Below, one piece after another: positions 36,701 through 50,084 of a DNA stretch of 64,000 bases. The DNA comes from Antedon mediterranea. Taxonomy: Eukaryota > Animalia > Echinodermata. The translations under genes and the position numbers were made by a program. Each line of letters begins with the position of its first letter. Positions within the stretch are counted from its first letter, which is position 1. Where the stretch lies: assembly GCF_964355755.1 (NCBI RefSeq), contig NC_092672.1, positions 38,632,437 to 38,696,436 on the forward strand, given 5' to 3'. The notes below the pieces were generated by a model. The model searched no databases. It was not told where the DNA came from and saw nothing but the letters and a program-made list of their open reading frames with translations.

Positions 36701-39700
36701 ATGCAATGATTGTTTATATTAATTTTCTTTTCATATTTTCTTAAGAACAATTCAATCTCTTGATGAGATAACTATGCAGCAACAAGTTCAAGTTAAATGT
36801 GGCTACTCAAAGGTACGTAAATTTCCTTTTCAATCTCTATATAATATTTTGACTCATACATACTGATACATTATTGTATGCGAAAGGGAAAAAACAGTGA
36901 GCCTTCCCAATTTATATTGTAACAATTATATATTATGTATCTTCTTGGTCAAAATAAATGTGAATATGAATGAATGTATGTATTCTACTCCTACAATTTG
37001 AATTATTTGTTAATCATACCGTTTTCAGATTTCTAAAACATTTTCATTTCGTGCATTTGAATCATGGTTACGGTCCAACTTGGCTGATAATCCATTTGGT
37101 GTTGGTAACTGTATAACATCTGGACGGAGACTATCATGGCCAACCACAGGTACCATTTTAAGTCAATATTTTTATTTTATATTTTTTTTAAAGACAGATA
37201 AATTCAAAACTTCCCAGTCATGCTGAAAGATGCTGAAAGATAATTTATTTATTGTTAATGCATTTCAATTTGCTTTCTATGTAGTTTCGCTGCTAATAAT
37301 ACATTTAAAAAAAAGATATTAATTACATACTTCACTTCTTTCAAATGAGTTGTAATGTAAGCAGAAATTACATCAGATCATCACCTAGTTAATTTCCCTC
37401 GTGGAAGATTCAGGAGGAAACAAACCCAAGTATCATTTCTTTCACAAAGGATTAGAAGATTCACTTTTTCACGAGTGATTACATGTTGGAATAGTCTGCC
37501 AACCGAAGTTGTCATCTCTGAAACCATCAACACATTTAAATTTGTTGTAGAGATTAAAAAGGCACACACCAACTAAACTTGCGTTGAGCGTGCTTTCACA
37601 AGTTGGGTTGAGGGGTGTTATGTTTAAGCAAGTTGGGTTGAGGGGTGTTATGTTTAAGCAAGTTGTTTATTTCTTTCAGGGTGTGATTCAGAAGGCAAGA
37701 CAGAGAGTGGATCAAAACGTGGTAGAGTTGCCACAAATGCACATTTTACCACTAGAGAGTAAGTGAGCACATTTAATACATCTTGTTAATAGTTTTTATT
37801 ATGTATAAGCATCACCTAAATATTTTGACATTTTCTTTTCAGTCAAAAGCTAATTATTATCTCTCAAGTTTGTAAGCAAACATTAGCAAAGGTAGGAAGA
37901 AAGAGAAAACTAATATGTTTTGTAAATTGCTTAGTTATTGTAGATACAGACACAAGAAATCGCCATAGTTAATCTAACACATATTCAATGTTAACCCTAG
38001 TAAAAATAGTGTGATGGAATTCTTATTCTTCATTGTAGATGTCAACTACATTGACTGATTCAAGGGTCAAAGTTCATCGTTGTCACTATGCATTCATGTA
38101 TTTATTATCACCATTAAGGTAAATGCAATCGACATTCAAAGAAACTTTATATATCTACTTTTTAATAATTATATAGTTATGGTTGGTTTGTTTAAGCTGA
38201 TTCTTTGGTGTATTTTTATACAGTGGTCATTTTTTGAGAGGCTGTAAACTAAACTGGTTTTTTTTTTTATATGCTGTTTAAAGACAAAGAGATTAACTCA
38301 AAACTTTCTAGTCAAACTGAAAGATAATTTTTATCTATAATAGTTTTGGGTTTTTTCATCTAGATATGTTAGTATTGAAAAGTGTCGTCATTCCACCATT
38401 GTTCTTGGACCTGTTGCTACCACTGTTCATGTGACCTCTTGTGAAGATCTCACTATCATTACACCGTGTAGGAGATTCAGTATCAGGTAACATTTTAACA
38501 CCCGATTCCCAGTGCTATATCTCCACATACTATCTATTACTGAAGTATCATACAAATATTTGGTAATACAGCATCTCATTCACATGCTGCTCTATTTACT
38601 ATGATGAGCAGCATTGATTCTATCATTGTGTTTGCATTGAACCAAACAAAGGAACATGAAATGTAAAGCTTTGTCTACACTATCAAACTTTATGTGACAA
38701 ACAAATGTGATGTGCCCATACGGACATGATGTCATATCACTACCATATTTGGGCATGTCACTACCACATTTGGGCATGTCACTACCACATTTGGGCACAC
38801 ATTTTGTCAAACTAGTTTAATAGTGTAGACAGAGCTTTAGAATTATGGAAATATATGCCTAATCAAGCAACATCTACAACTTATTGATTGATTTAAAATG
38901 CTGTCTCATTTCCAATTTGTGTTTTGGGAAATCCCTTTTTTCTATTATGATATCATTTCCTTTGTACGTTTCAGTGGCTCCACATTATGTACTGTGCACC
39001 TTCTGACACCAACTAGACCTCTCATACTCGGAGGCAATGACAGTATTACTCTAGCACCTTATCACACACACTACCCCATGCTACAAGACCACATGGCTAA
39101 GTCTGGCATCGCAGGCTTACCGAATCTATGGAATAACCCACTGTGTGTTGGTAGGTTATTCTAATTATTAAATATTTATTCCTTCGTTTTCTCCACATAA
39201 TTTGTTTTCATTTAAATGTACTGTACTGTTAAACTTTTATTTTCAAGCAAAATGATTGTTTGGCAAATGTGAATGTGACGCCATGTTTACCAATACAGTA
39301 ATCCACATGATAAACAAGCTCTTTTTAAGATGTAACTACAGTATGGTTGCAATGATGGCTTCCATTTTAAGATGTAACTACAGTATGGTTGCAATGATGG
39401 CTTCCATTTTAAGATGTAACTACAGTATGGTTGCAATGATGGCTTCCATTTTAAGATGTAACTACAGTATGGTTGCAATGATGGCTTCCATTTTTTTCCT
39501 CTTTTATTTTCTAATAATGTTTGTTAATCCTCCACCAGGTCTTGATCATCAAGAGTCCTTTCCTGTTTATTCATTCCTACCTCCTCAAGATTTCTTCATG
39601 TTTGTCATTCCATTTGAGTTAGAAGGCGACACAAAGGTAAACAAAAAATAATTCTAAATCTCATTTTAATAACTTATACAGTACGCTAGATTTTAATAAT

Positions 39701-40950
39701 TGAAACTCTATGCTATGTAACTACCACAGAATTTTTAACAGCTGTATTTTGTGACAACACCAGAAAATGATTACTGTAAATCAGACTTTAGAGTGGTTTA
39801 CAGTATTAATACTTTAATGTATTTAGAATGGTGTACAGTATTAATACTGTAATGACAGTATTGATACTGTAGTGTATTTAGAATGGTGTACAGTATTAAT
39901 ACTGTAATGACAGTATTGATACTGTAGTGTATTTAGAATGGTGTACAGTATTAATACTGTAATGACAGTATTGATACTGTAGTGTATTTAGAATGGTGTA
40001 CAGTATTAATACTGTAATGACAGTATTGATACTGTAGTGTATTTAGAATGGTGTACAGTATTAATACTGTAATGACAGTATTGATACTGTAGTGTATTTA
40101 GAATGGTGTACAGTATTAATACTGTAGTGTATTTAGAATGGTGTACAGTATTAATACTGTAATGACAGTATTGATACTGTAGTGTATTTAGAATGGTGTA
40201 CAGTATTAATACTGTAATGACAGTATTGATACTGTAGTGTATTTAGAATGGTGTACAGTATTAATACTGTAATGACAGTATTGATACTGTAGTGTATTTA
40301 GAATGGTGTACAGTATTAATACTGTAATGACAGTATTGATACTGTAGTGTATTTAGAATGGTGTACAGTATTAATACTGTAATGTATTTTTAGGAGCTTC
40401 CTTGGAGTTTACCGTCTGAATATGAAGAGGGTTTATTGACAAGACAAAAACAGATAAAGAACTGGCAAAAGACTGTCAAAGATGCTAAGTTGAATCCAGC
40501 TCAGAAGCAGCAATTCCAGACATTGGTAGAGAGTAGGTTTCAGGTACGTTTATGAAATGTTTATTTTGCACTGACTTCGGCAAATTTAAGTGCACAATAG
40601 GGTTTATACTTAGTTATCATCACTTAAAATGATGTAAATACAAAGATGCAGGAGTTTATCAATTAGTTCCATTAACTCCTCTGCCTCACATTGCCATTTT
40701 TCTATAAGATAAGATTTATAAAGAGCACATATCCACAAAGTGCTCAAGTCGCTTCTGAAAACCATAAAAAATACTAACTTTGAAACTAAAACAGCAAATT
40801 TTAAAAAAACCTGAATAGTATAGTATATATATATATATATTCTCATAAATATTTCTACTGTATCTTTGTTGATAGGCATGGCTTGTAGAATCTGGACATA
40901 AGAAACAAGTGGATGGTCTTGTACCAGTGCCTTCATCTCCTACAAAATGA
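30701..40950 (+). CDS. TBCCD1: TBCC domain-containing protein 1
   Basis: MTSNVTLWVKSDPF, YLKKIASYV...WKHIACNKL..DLAW, VDTLQFLLFL-like and GEEWP, ISKTFSF..WL..NPFG, HRCHYAFMYLLSPLR, TPTRPLIL, NLWNNP, AWLVESGHKKQVDGLVP. Approximate exons: 30701-30790, 31025-31149, 31812-31909, 32231-32339, 32641-32698, 34283-34358, 34636-34729, 36746-36812, 37029-37149, 37680-37758, 37843-37891, 38039-38118, 38363-38486, 38974-39150, 39539-39636, 40394-40542, 40876-40950. Confidence 0.92.
31099..31557 (+). repeat. 66-bp tandem repeat x7 made of the 3' end of TBCCD1 coding exon 2 plus its GTAAGT donor
   Basis: Unit GAAGCACATAGCATGTAATAAGCTGACAATGGCTGAAGATCTAGCCTGGATGTAAGTATTGCTACT. Confidence 0.95.
34846..36710. 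repeat. 75-bp minisatellite, about 25 copies, TBCCD1 intron
   Basis: Unit TAAGATCATCACAAATGTCTTGATGTTTAATTAGTATCTTGTCATCTAATGATGCAATGATACTGATATTAATTA. Confidence 0.95.
37440..37570 (+). mobile_element. CR1-type LINE 3' fragment
   Basis: FSRVITCWNSLPTEVVISETINTFK matches the typical R...WN.LP..V......FK C-terminus. Confidence 0.6.
39323..39494. repeat. 42-bp tandem repeat x4, intronic
   Basis: Unit TTTTAAGATGTAACTACAGTATGGTTGCAATGATGGCTTCCA. Confidence 0.9.
39790..40385. repeat. 55-bp minisatellite, about 11 copies, with internal palindromes
   Basis: Each unit contains TACAGTATTAATACTGTA and ACAGTATTGATACTGT; the array ends about 8 bp before a TBCCD1 acceptor. Confidence 0.9.
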
Positions 40951-43148
40951 ATGCAACAAAACAGGCTGATGTGATGATGATGCTGAAGACTAGCAGCTTA
41001 GCCATGCATAATGTTTCATTTCAGTTGATAACTTTCATCAGTGTTCAGGGGTCACCTGGTGTCGCATCTGATCATAGCTGAGCCCTCTGAGAACAATCTT
41101 TGACTGAAGATGTCACCCTGTATAAATGAATAAAGAGTTGTAATACTGTAGTTGTTTCTCAATAACTATCTGTAGCATAAATAAATTATTTACCTCCAAT
41201 TCATGTTTAAAAAACTGCTAACAAAAATAACCCTTGATTTATTTAAGTGCAATTATTAGCCAAACATTCCATTTTCAGTGATGTTTAAGGTTAAGCTTTT
41301 TTGTTTCTATTATTTGGGATCCATTTGTGTTTTGCCAGTACTGTACAATTGGATACATTTATCTGTTGATTGTAGACCTAGTATGTTATTGGATGCAGGT
41401 ACTTATTGTGAAGGGTTGGTGTAATACCAACTTGTTTTTTTGTTAGTTTTAGAATTTAAATGTAATTTATTAACAAAAACAAATTCATACATACATTAAT
41501 TAAAGTTTAAACAAAATGTTGAAAGGATTCTGAATATTATTTATATATTATATTATTACTATATTACATTATTGGAATCCACTAATTTATGCTTTGTTAT
41601 GTTCAATTAACATTTAAATGTGCAATTAATTTGAATTCAATTACCATCTGTATTATTTACACATTATTGTAATTAAAGGATGGATGCTGTGTGGGTAGGT
41701 TTATATTAAAGATATCTTTGGTGAGTTTCTTTTTTTTAACGATCAAATATTATTCTATTTTTAGAATCTTTAAAAGCATTTCTTTTTAAGATGAATTTCA
41801 AGTGGCTTCTTAAGTGTGTCACATTAAACACTTTCCTTTTTATATAGAAATTACTTCCTTGTTTTATTTCTTGTATTTAATTTTCACCAAAACAAAGACT
41901 GATATTCTGTAGAAATTTGCTTTAAACTTTATTTAATATTTCCAACAGAATATGTACATTTTACAAATGGTGGAATGTTTTCCAACTATGAGTTTACAAA
42001 ATAAAACAGACCTAAAACATATATTTTACACTACTGTATAACTTAAAGAACATAATATAACTTAGAAATAATAAAAACATTCAGTATTTGTATTAAAAAA
42101 CATTCCTTCATTTTCTGCAGCATTTATAAAAAAAAATCAAGTATACATTACTATATATGTTTGTGTACCTATTAAATCTTATTTTTTTATCTGTTGGAAA
42201 ATAAAGAAAATGGCAATTGACCTAGCTAAGCATTGGTATACATTGTCAAGGTCTACACGTAGGCTTAAATGACAATTTAAAGCGGACTAAAATACCTGTA
42301 CGGTTTAATATAACCCATTGGGCTAATAGAAAACAATTTGAGCCCGTAGGCCTATTATTCCGAGTATTGGCTTACTTTTTAATATATATGGTGGAGAATA
42401 CATTACACTGTATATAGGTTTTAGAATTGTCTAAATACTGTATGTACATTGAAGCTTATTTGTTTTCTTGTCAAATGCTACTTTTGATAAGTACTGTACT
42501 GTTATAGATGCCTAGAAGTTACAAAAATATATAACACTACATATGCTTTTGTTAGGCCCTGTCTACACTATCAAACTACTGTAGTTTGACGAAAAATTGT
42601 GATGTGCCCAAATATGGCAGTGATATGACATCATCATGTCCATATATGGGCACATCACATGTTGTTGTCACATAAAGTTTGACAGTGTAGACCAGGGTTT
42701 ATACTGTGGCTCCGTTTTCATGAAGCTATAAAATTGGAATATATATTTATAGCTCCATGATCTGTCCTATCCAGTAAAACAAATCACATTCAATATTTGT
42801 GCTCAACAAAGAATCCGATTAATAATTAATGTATGATTGTTTGTTGAGTATTTGCTTAAAGCTCTGTCTACACTATCAAATATATATGGTAGGCCCAAAT
42901 ATGGTAGTGATATGACATCATCATGTCCATATACGGGCACATCACATAAAGTTTGATAGTGAAGACAGAGCTTTATGTTTGAAAACATCCATAAAATGGA
43001 ATACTGTACGTTAATTAGCAAGTATTCAGTAAGTCCATCAAACAATGTACAATAAGTGTATATTATTTAAAGACACAGTTATGAATACAATTCTTGACAA
43101 TCTCGGCTATAAATCCTGCTAAATGCACATGCAGTCATGGTGCTCTCA

Positions 43149-46100
43149 TCAATCGCTATCGGACTCGTATTGGTTGTCTTCCACTGGGACGTCTACAGGA
43201 ACAATAAGGCTTCCATTCGTGGATTTATCAATGCCGGTAACTGTGTCACCTGTGGAAAAGAATATTGTATTTGTCGGATAAATCATGTATAATATCACCA
43301 AAATTACAAGTGAGAATCAATTTCATAAGGAATTTAATTTGATTGATTCTCATCCATAATATTTCAATTTTATTCAGAACTTGAATCAAAGTACACTAAA
43401 CATATATTTTGAATGAATGGGATGCACAACTTGGCAGGTCCCTTTCACATTTCCACAAAAACAAGTTTTTTTTTCCAAACCTGTAACAATCTTGACTATT
43501 CGAAGCTTGTCTTGTTCAATAAACAATGCGTTTGCTAAGAAAGCACCTCCTCCTAACACTGTGATAAATGTTGTGATATACAACGCATATTGAAGTGAGT
43601 AGAAGTTGTTGTAATCCTCTGACAGATCCATGTGGTGGCGTATACCATCTGATATCTAAATGTATTTCACACAAATAATAGTCAAATATTGGACGTAAAC
43701 CATCTGATATCTAAATGTACATAATTTCTATGTATATTTTATATGCAAATGACAATAAATGGAAGTAATTTTCCATTGATGAATGAAAAATGTATTGACA
43801 AAAATAATAGTCATATATCAGATTGCAATTACTGTTGTTATAAACAGGCAATTTTTAACAAAATACTTTCATTTGCTTAAAAAAGACACATTACAAAACG
43901 ACAACAAAGACTGAAATGAATTTATACAAAAACATACAAAATTGAATACGGTACACTATAATTTTTTTTAAATAATCAAAATCCAATACAAATTACAATT
44001 GAATAGAGATTAATAAAAATAATTATTACCAATTAACATATTTTTTTTTAATTATTAAAAACCAATAAAAATAAAATTTACATTAAAATTGAATTGAGAG
44101 TACCATCAACTCTCCCAATACTATTCTCTCTGAAAACCGTAAACTCTCCCAATACCAGACTCTCTGACAACTTTAAACTCTCCCAAAACCAGACTTTTCT
44201 TGAGGGTACAAAGGTCCCAAAGTCATTTTTACCATTAAAACGCATTCTGAATACCAAACTTTCCAGAAAACCAGATATTACGTCAGCCCAAAGGTGTCCG
44301 GTATTGGGAGAGCTGACTGTATATATATACTTACAGCACCAATAATCCATGGACTCAACGCATCTCCTAATGCATGACCCATCAACATCTGTAGAGCTGA
44401 GGCTGTAGCTCTTCTTGTTGGTAGCACCACATACTACAGAATCAAGACAAGACAGATTTAAGATCAGTTGCACACTATTGGTAGACTGCATACAAAGTAT
44501 TAATTGTACATAAAATATTAATATACTTTTTTGCCTAGGATAGAATGCTAAGAGGTTGTTTAACTATTTACTTTATCAATTAATCTTATGCAATTTGAAA
44601 AGAAATTGAAAATTGAAATATTTACGATGTGTTTTACTTACCAAAAGTATGTCTGGAACTAAAGCCCAATTTAAAAACAGCAGAATCTCAGCTATTAGAA
44701 TTAATCCCTACAAATTCACAAAGATTGTAACCATAAAAAAATGTACTGTATATTACTATCACAGTTAGTTTGTATGAAAACTAAATTATATTCCATTTTT
44801 TTTCACTTTTAATCATTCCATGGGCCTTCAGAAAGATAATACTGAAAGCCAACACTTGTATAACTACTGTGTATATTACTATCACAGCTAGTTTGTATCA
44901 CTTTTAATCATTCCATAGGCCTTCAGAAAGATAATACAGAAAGTCAACACTTGTATAACTAATGTGTATATTACTATCACAGCTAGTTTGTATCACTCTT
45001 AATCATTCCATAGGCCTTCAGTACTTTTGTGTTTCACAATAAACACATTCGAAATGAACCAAATAATGTATGTGTATATTAAAATAAAGACAGATTTGAC
45101 ATACCCATGCAGCATAATCAAGGATAGGTGCTAACATCAATCCAAGGTACAAAAACGGCGCCCCCACAATCAGACCAATAGCACAAACCAATGGGTCGGC
45201 TCTGGGGTTATATTTACGATACCACTGAGCACCTACAGTTCCTATGATTACTCCGACAAATCCAGATATACAGGTGATTCCACCAAATAGAAAATCAACA
45301 CTGGAATATAAAGTGGAATACAACTGAATTATAATATCAATGTTCTACCTACCTGGATCTACCTGGAGTTAGACACATTAATGCTTCTGTGCCCCTCTTG
45401 ACCATATTCTTCTTAGATTCATATGAGCTGTATTTTAACGGAAGGTTAGACCAGAGCTTTTTTGTGTGGTTTTAAATTGGTTTAGATTTTGAGATTCAAT
45501 AACATTTTTTGGCAAAGACTTCCAACAATTTTAAAATAGTTAGAGTTGATTGATATCTTTACTTTCAAATCTGTATATGCAAAATGATACTTACTTCTTT
45601 GTATCTTTACCCTGAATCTTATACGCATATTTGATTGCATTCGGTGCCCACAATGACAAAGCACCAACAACCCACGCAACAGACACGAACCCTAAGGATG
45701 ACCACATCCAACTACGACTGAAAATAAAATAACAAGTACTTGGTGGTAAAATAACAAAATAAAAAAAAGTGCAGGCCTAATTACAAAAACAATTGAGCAC
45801 TTCATTTTAACAGTACTTTTCTTTATCAGTAGACTTCATTTGCATTCAAGTCATCTAAGTAGTTACTTACTTTCTTTTAAGTGCTTTTAAATCATCTAGA
45901 TAACTCGTATTCCAAAAGTTTCTATTGTTGGACTCAGCTTGTCCTCTGCGTGGCTCCCTGATGCACAGGATAACAGCAATAACACTAACCACCCCAAGAA
46001 AAGGTGTAACCTAGAAAACAAAACTATTTATCAGACATTTCACTTTCCCTACTTATGTTATTACTCGCTTGATGTTAATGGGGTAGGTTAACAAGCTAAA

Positions 46101-48536
46101 TACCTTATATGACTCTTTTCTTCTTTTTCAAAACTATACATTACTGTTATTAGCTACACATTTTAAATATCTCTTTGGCCAAAAAAATTAACATTTCTAA
46201 TATCGGTTGCATTTATCTTGCTATACAATTTAAACTTTTAAAATAACAGAGACTTCATACTCTAAAGGCAGCTTGCCACATGCCAAAAAGGTCAGCTATT
46301 CCACTACCAGCAATGTATCCCAACCCACTGTAAAGAAAATAAAAAATTGTTATAGATATAATATAATAGTGATTAACGGCAGAACATTTCCACCTAATCT
46401 CTTTTATTCATCTCATTAAAACTATACACATAAGAAAAAGAAGTAAAAAAGAAGATGAAAGGGGCCTCCAAGATAACTATTATAATTGTGATAGCCCACT
46501 AAAAACTAGTTACATTATTAGATAATAAATAAATAAAAAGCCTGTATAGACGAATATACCATGATATTTGTTACTACTGCCATGTTTTATTCATTTTTTG
46601 CAATGTTTGTATTTGTTGCTTTTGTATTTTACCCGTTGGTGGTGGTGTGCTGTTTTTTGTATTTTACCCGTTGGTGTTGTGCTGTTTTTTGTATTTTACC
46701 CGTTGGTGTTGTGCTGTTTTTTGTATTTTACCCGTTGGTGTTGTGCTGTTTTTTGTATTTTACCCGATGGTGTTGTGCTGTTTTTTGTATTTTACCCGTT
46801 GGTGTTGTGCTGTTTTTTGTATTTTACCCCTTGGTGTTGTGCTGTTTTTTGTATTTTACCCGTTGGTGTTGTGCTGTTTTTTGTATTTTACCCGTTGGTG
46901 TTGTGCTGTTTTTTGTATTTTACCCGTTGGTGTTGTGCTGTTTTTTGTATTTTACCCGTTGGTGTTGTGCTGTTTTTTGTATTTTACCCGTTGGTGTTGT
47001 GCTGTTTTTTGTATTTTACCTGTTGGTGTTGTGCTGTTTTTTGTATTTTACCCGTTGGTGTTGTGCTGTTTTTTATATTTTACCCATTTCATCATATTTT
47101 AATGTTTTATATACGTGACAAGCAGAGTTCTTGATGGAATAAAATAATTGAATAGAATAGGATCAGCAGTGGACGCGCATTGTTAACCATTCTCTATTCT
47201 TAGCATGGTGAGATTCATAAGTGCTTCCACAGTACCTTCCCACAGGAATAGCAAAATAAAACAACATTAACATTTGTGTTCTTCTGTTTCCAGTAAATAA
47301 ATCAGCTATAATTGTTGAAGCAACTGTTGTATAACTTGCTTCACCAACACCGACCACTGCACGCATGAACAAGAATAAAGAATATTTCTAGAAGGGAATC
47401 ACAAACATTCACAAATTAAATTTCATTAGTTTAAAAATCAAAGCATTTTAAAACAGTTAAAAAAAACAGGACTGTAAATTAATTGATATAAAACGATTTA
47501 AAATGTAGATGATTGGTTAAAGACTTTTCTATTACTCCAGAAATTGTGATATATGCCACGGGTGGGTCTCAGATGAGTAGGCCTGTAACTCATACTATTG
47601 TGATATATGCCACGGGTGGGTCTCAGATGAGTAGGCCTGTAACTCATACTATTGTGATATATGCCACGGGTGGGTCTCAGATGAGTAGGCCTGTAACTCA
47701 TACTATTGTGATATATGCCACGGGTGGGTCTCAGATGAGTAGGCCTGTAACTCATACTATATTAATAGATAATTCTTACATCACTTGGTACAAAGGATCC
47801 AGCGAGGGTTGACCCTGACCACACACATATTCCAAAAATTAATATCATCTTTCTTGAATAACGGTCGCCAAGGTAACCAAAAACAGGTGAAGTGACCATG
47901 TAACCAACTATGAAGACGGTCTGCAGTAAACCACTCTCAGAATTCACATTACTTTTATCCAATTTAAAAAATTCTTGTATTTCTGGCAGATTGGCTGAAA
48001 AAACAATAAACCTAAAATATTTACTATTGTGAGTGCCTTTTCATATTTGTATATATAGGCCTAGGCCTACCTACCTATATTTTATAATATATTTATAATA
48101 AATAATTTATATTAGGCCTAGGCTAGGCCTAGGCCTAGGCCTAGGCTATAATTAAATTAAATATTATAAATTAATAAAACACACATTCTAGGTTAAGGTT
48201 ATATTGGCCTAGGCTAAATAAAAAGATAAACAAATCACCTGCTATCGTATATCTATCCATGTAATTCAGAAGGTTTATAGCAAATAGGATAACCACTGTA
48301 ATGTAGGCCCTAGTCATAGATATCGGAGGGGGCTCACGGTACACTGCTTCAGCAGAACTTTGCCGCGATGAGCCATTATCACTTTCTCTTTCCTCGTCTG
48401 GAGGCTGGGCCTGGCGGTTAACATTGACCATATTACCAGGGCGCGACACAAAAGGTTCTGTTTCCTCCATAATTTCAATATACTCTCCTAAACGAGTTGA
48501 TGTCGACGAATTGGTTTCAGCATATCTGTCGTTCAT
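43149..48536 (-). CDS. SPNS1: Spinster-family MFS lysosomal transporter, 11 exons
   Basis: [79 protein letters not shown]. Exons: 48239-48536, 47780-47994, 47236-47387, 46261-46327, 45871-46010, 45595-45717, 45105-45300, 44642-44707, 44335-44433, 43481-43655, 43149-43249. Likely co-ortholog of vertebrate SPNS1-3. Confidence 0.93.
44103..44319. mobile_element. Tc1/mariner-type MITE with CAG-type termini at TA; second copy at about 57374-57540
   Basis: TCAACTCTCCCAATAC ... GTATTGGGAGAGCTGACTG|TA; the two copies share internal sequence. Confidence 0.7.
44748..45020. repeat. Degenerate roughly 95-120 bp tandem repeat, about 2.5 copies
   Basis: Recurrent TATATTACTATCACAG...TAATCATTCCAT..GGCCTTCAG. 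Confidence 0.75.
46612..47085. repeat. 32-bp minisatellite, about 14 copies
   Basis: Unit TTTTACCCGTTGGTGTTGTGCTGTTTTTTGTA. Confidence 0.95.
47543..47762. repeat. 54-bp tandem repeat x4
   Basis: Unit ATTGTGATATATGCCACGGGTGGGTCTCAGATGAGTAGGCCTGTAACTCATACT. Confidence 0.95.
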
Positions 48537-49004
48537 AAGTAGTTAATTTGAGATCTCGTGATCTGCTGGTGATGTTTGTTCTCTCTTCCTCCTCCTCTCT
48601 CTCGTCGATCATCCATCGACTCGATCGCCGCGCGACGAAATTTCCAAAAAACAAGAATCACAATAAATAGCGCTCTCTATAATTGTTGTATGTATACATG
48701 CCATGCAACTTTGTTTTTTTTTTTTAATGGTCCACTTGTTTAGGCCTGACATATACAACCCTCAGAATATCTCTATTTCAAAATAAATTAAAAAAAAAAA
48801 ATTATTTTCCATTAAAAAAAAAAATCCGTAGAGGTTCAAACCCGGCCAATCTAGAGCTGAGAGCTCACAAACCTGAGCATTGCCCGTTCCACCACAAAGT
48901 AGTACATGACTGAACACCTGATAATAGTCTATTTATACGTGTATACTATTACATAATTCACCATTACGTCATAAATATCATATTAACCTTGTTAAAACCA
49001 AAAT

Positions 49005-49260
49005 GACCAGTTAGCTCAGGGTTCGACCAGCGTGGGTTCGAGTCCCACTCTGATCGGTGGAATAGAGTTAAGGCTATGCGAGCCACTGTGTTTGGGGTTC
49101 ACAGATCATACGTCCCCCTTTCCACCACACACCATGAGGCGACAACATCAATGCATCTGGTGATGTGCTGGAAACGACCCCAAAAGGCTGTGGCAGGGCC
49201 TTAGTGCTGAGGCAGGGAGGGCACATTTAACATCTTTTTTTTTATTTAGTTTTTTTTTCA
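49005..49260 (+). mobile_element. tRNA-derived SINE
   Basis: A-box TAGCTCAGGGG and B-box GGTTCGAGTCC, about 190-bp body and T-rich end; the spacing is too short for an intact tRNA. Confidence 0.6.
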
Positions 49261-50084
49261 ACCTGTATTCGATCTCGTAAATTGTATGTTTGCCGCCCTC
49301 AATTTTAAAAGAAATTGAATTTATATTTTATCGCAGGTGTTCGAAACGGTTTGGTATGCAGTGGGAAATATGGTAATGTTAGTCATTCGCGGTCAACACG
49401 CCACACTGATAAAAATTTTGATTGTGTTAATCAATGTTGCAACATTGGTAGCGAAATGTCCAATTCATGCCTATTGTATTGTAATAATATATATTATGAA
49501 TAAACGTTTATGGTAGTATGGTCCCAGAATAAACATGTTTTAAACAGATACCGTAGTTTGTCTCCGATGGTTTTTGTCACGGGGTTAATTGCGACGTGTA
49601 ATAAGATCAAATATAGAACATTGCAAAAATTTCTTGACCAATTTCGAAGCTTAGACTAATTCCACCGCCGGGCTAGGCCTTTAGGCATATACGAAGTCGA
49701 GTTTTTGAAGTAAAACAACCCACATAAAATGTTGAAGTCGCATCTGGATGTTGAAATTTTAACATTATCATAATTATCATAGGTGATTATGTATAGTAAT
49801 AAATATAAGTATAAGTGAAATTCTGGACTCTATTTTCAATATTAGTTCTGCGCCAACCATGTAGGGCTAGTACTGAAGACTTAATATTTAATTTCATATT
49901 TCAATGAATAATAGGTGCACTTTCCGGGGACACTAAATAAGTATTTATCTTAGACAAACACAAGTTATTAAAATCACTGATATAGCTTGAAACTAATTTT
50001 TCTTTGCATTACGGATGGAGTAACCGATTATTGAACATTATAAAAATATGAAATATTTTTGAATCCAGAATCTTTTTTGTTATG

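Noticed and set aside
46561-47134. Hydrophobic Cys-rich ORFs in three frames
   Set aside because: Stop-free 32-bp minisatellite within a SPNS1 intron.
48820-49050. tRNA genes on either strand
   Set aside because: A/B-box-like motifs are present but I could not fold a complete cloverleaf; SINE heads are more likely.
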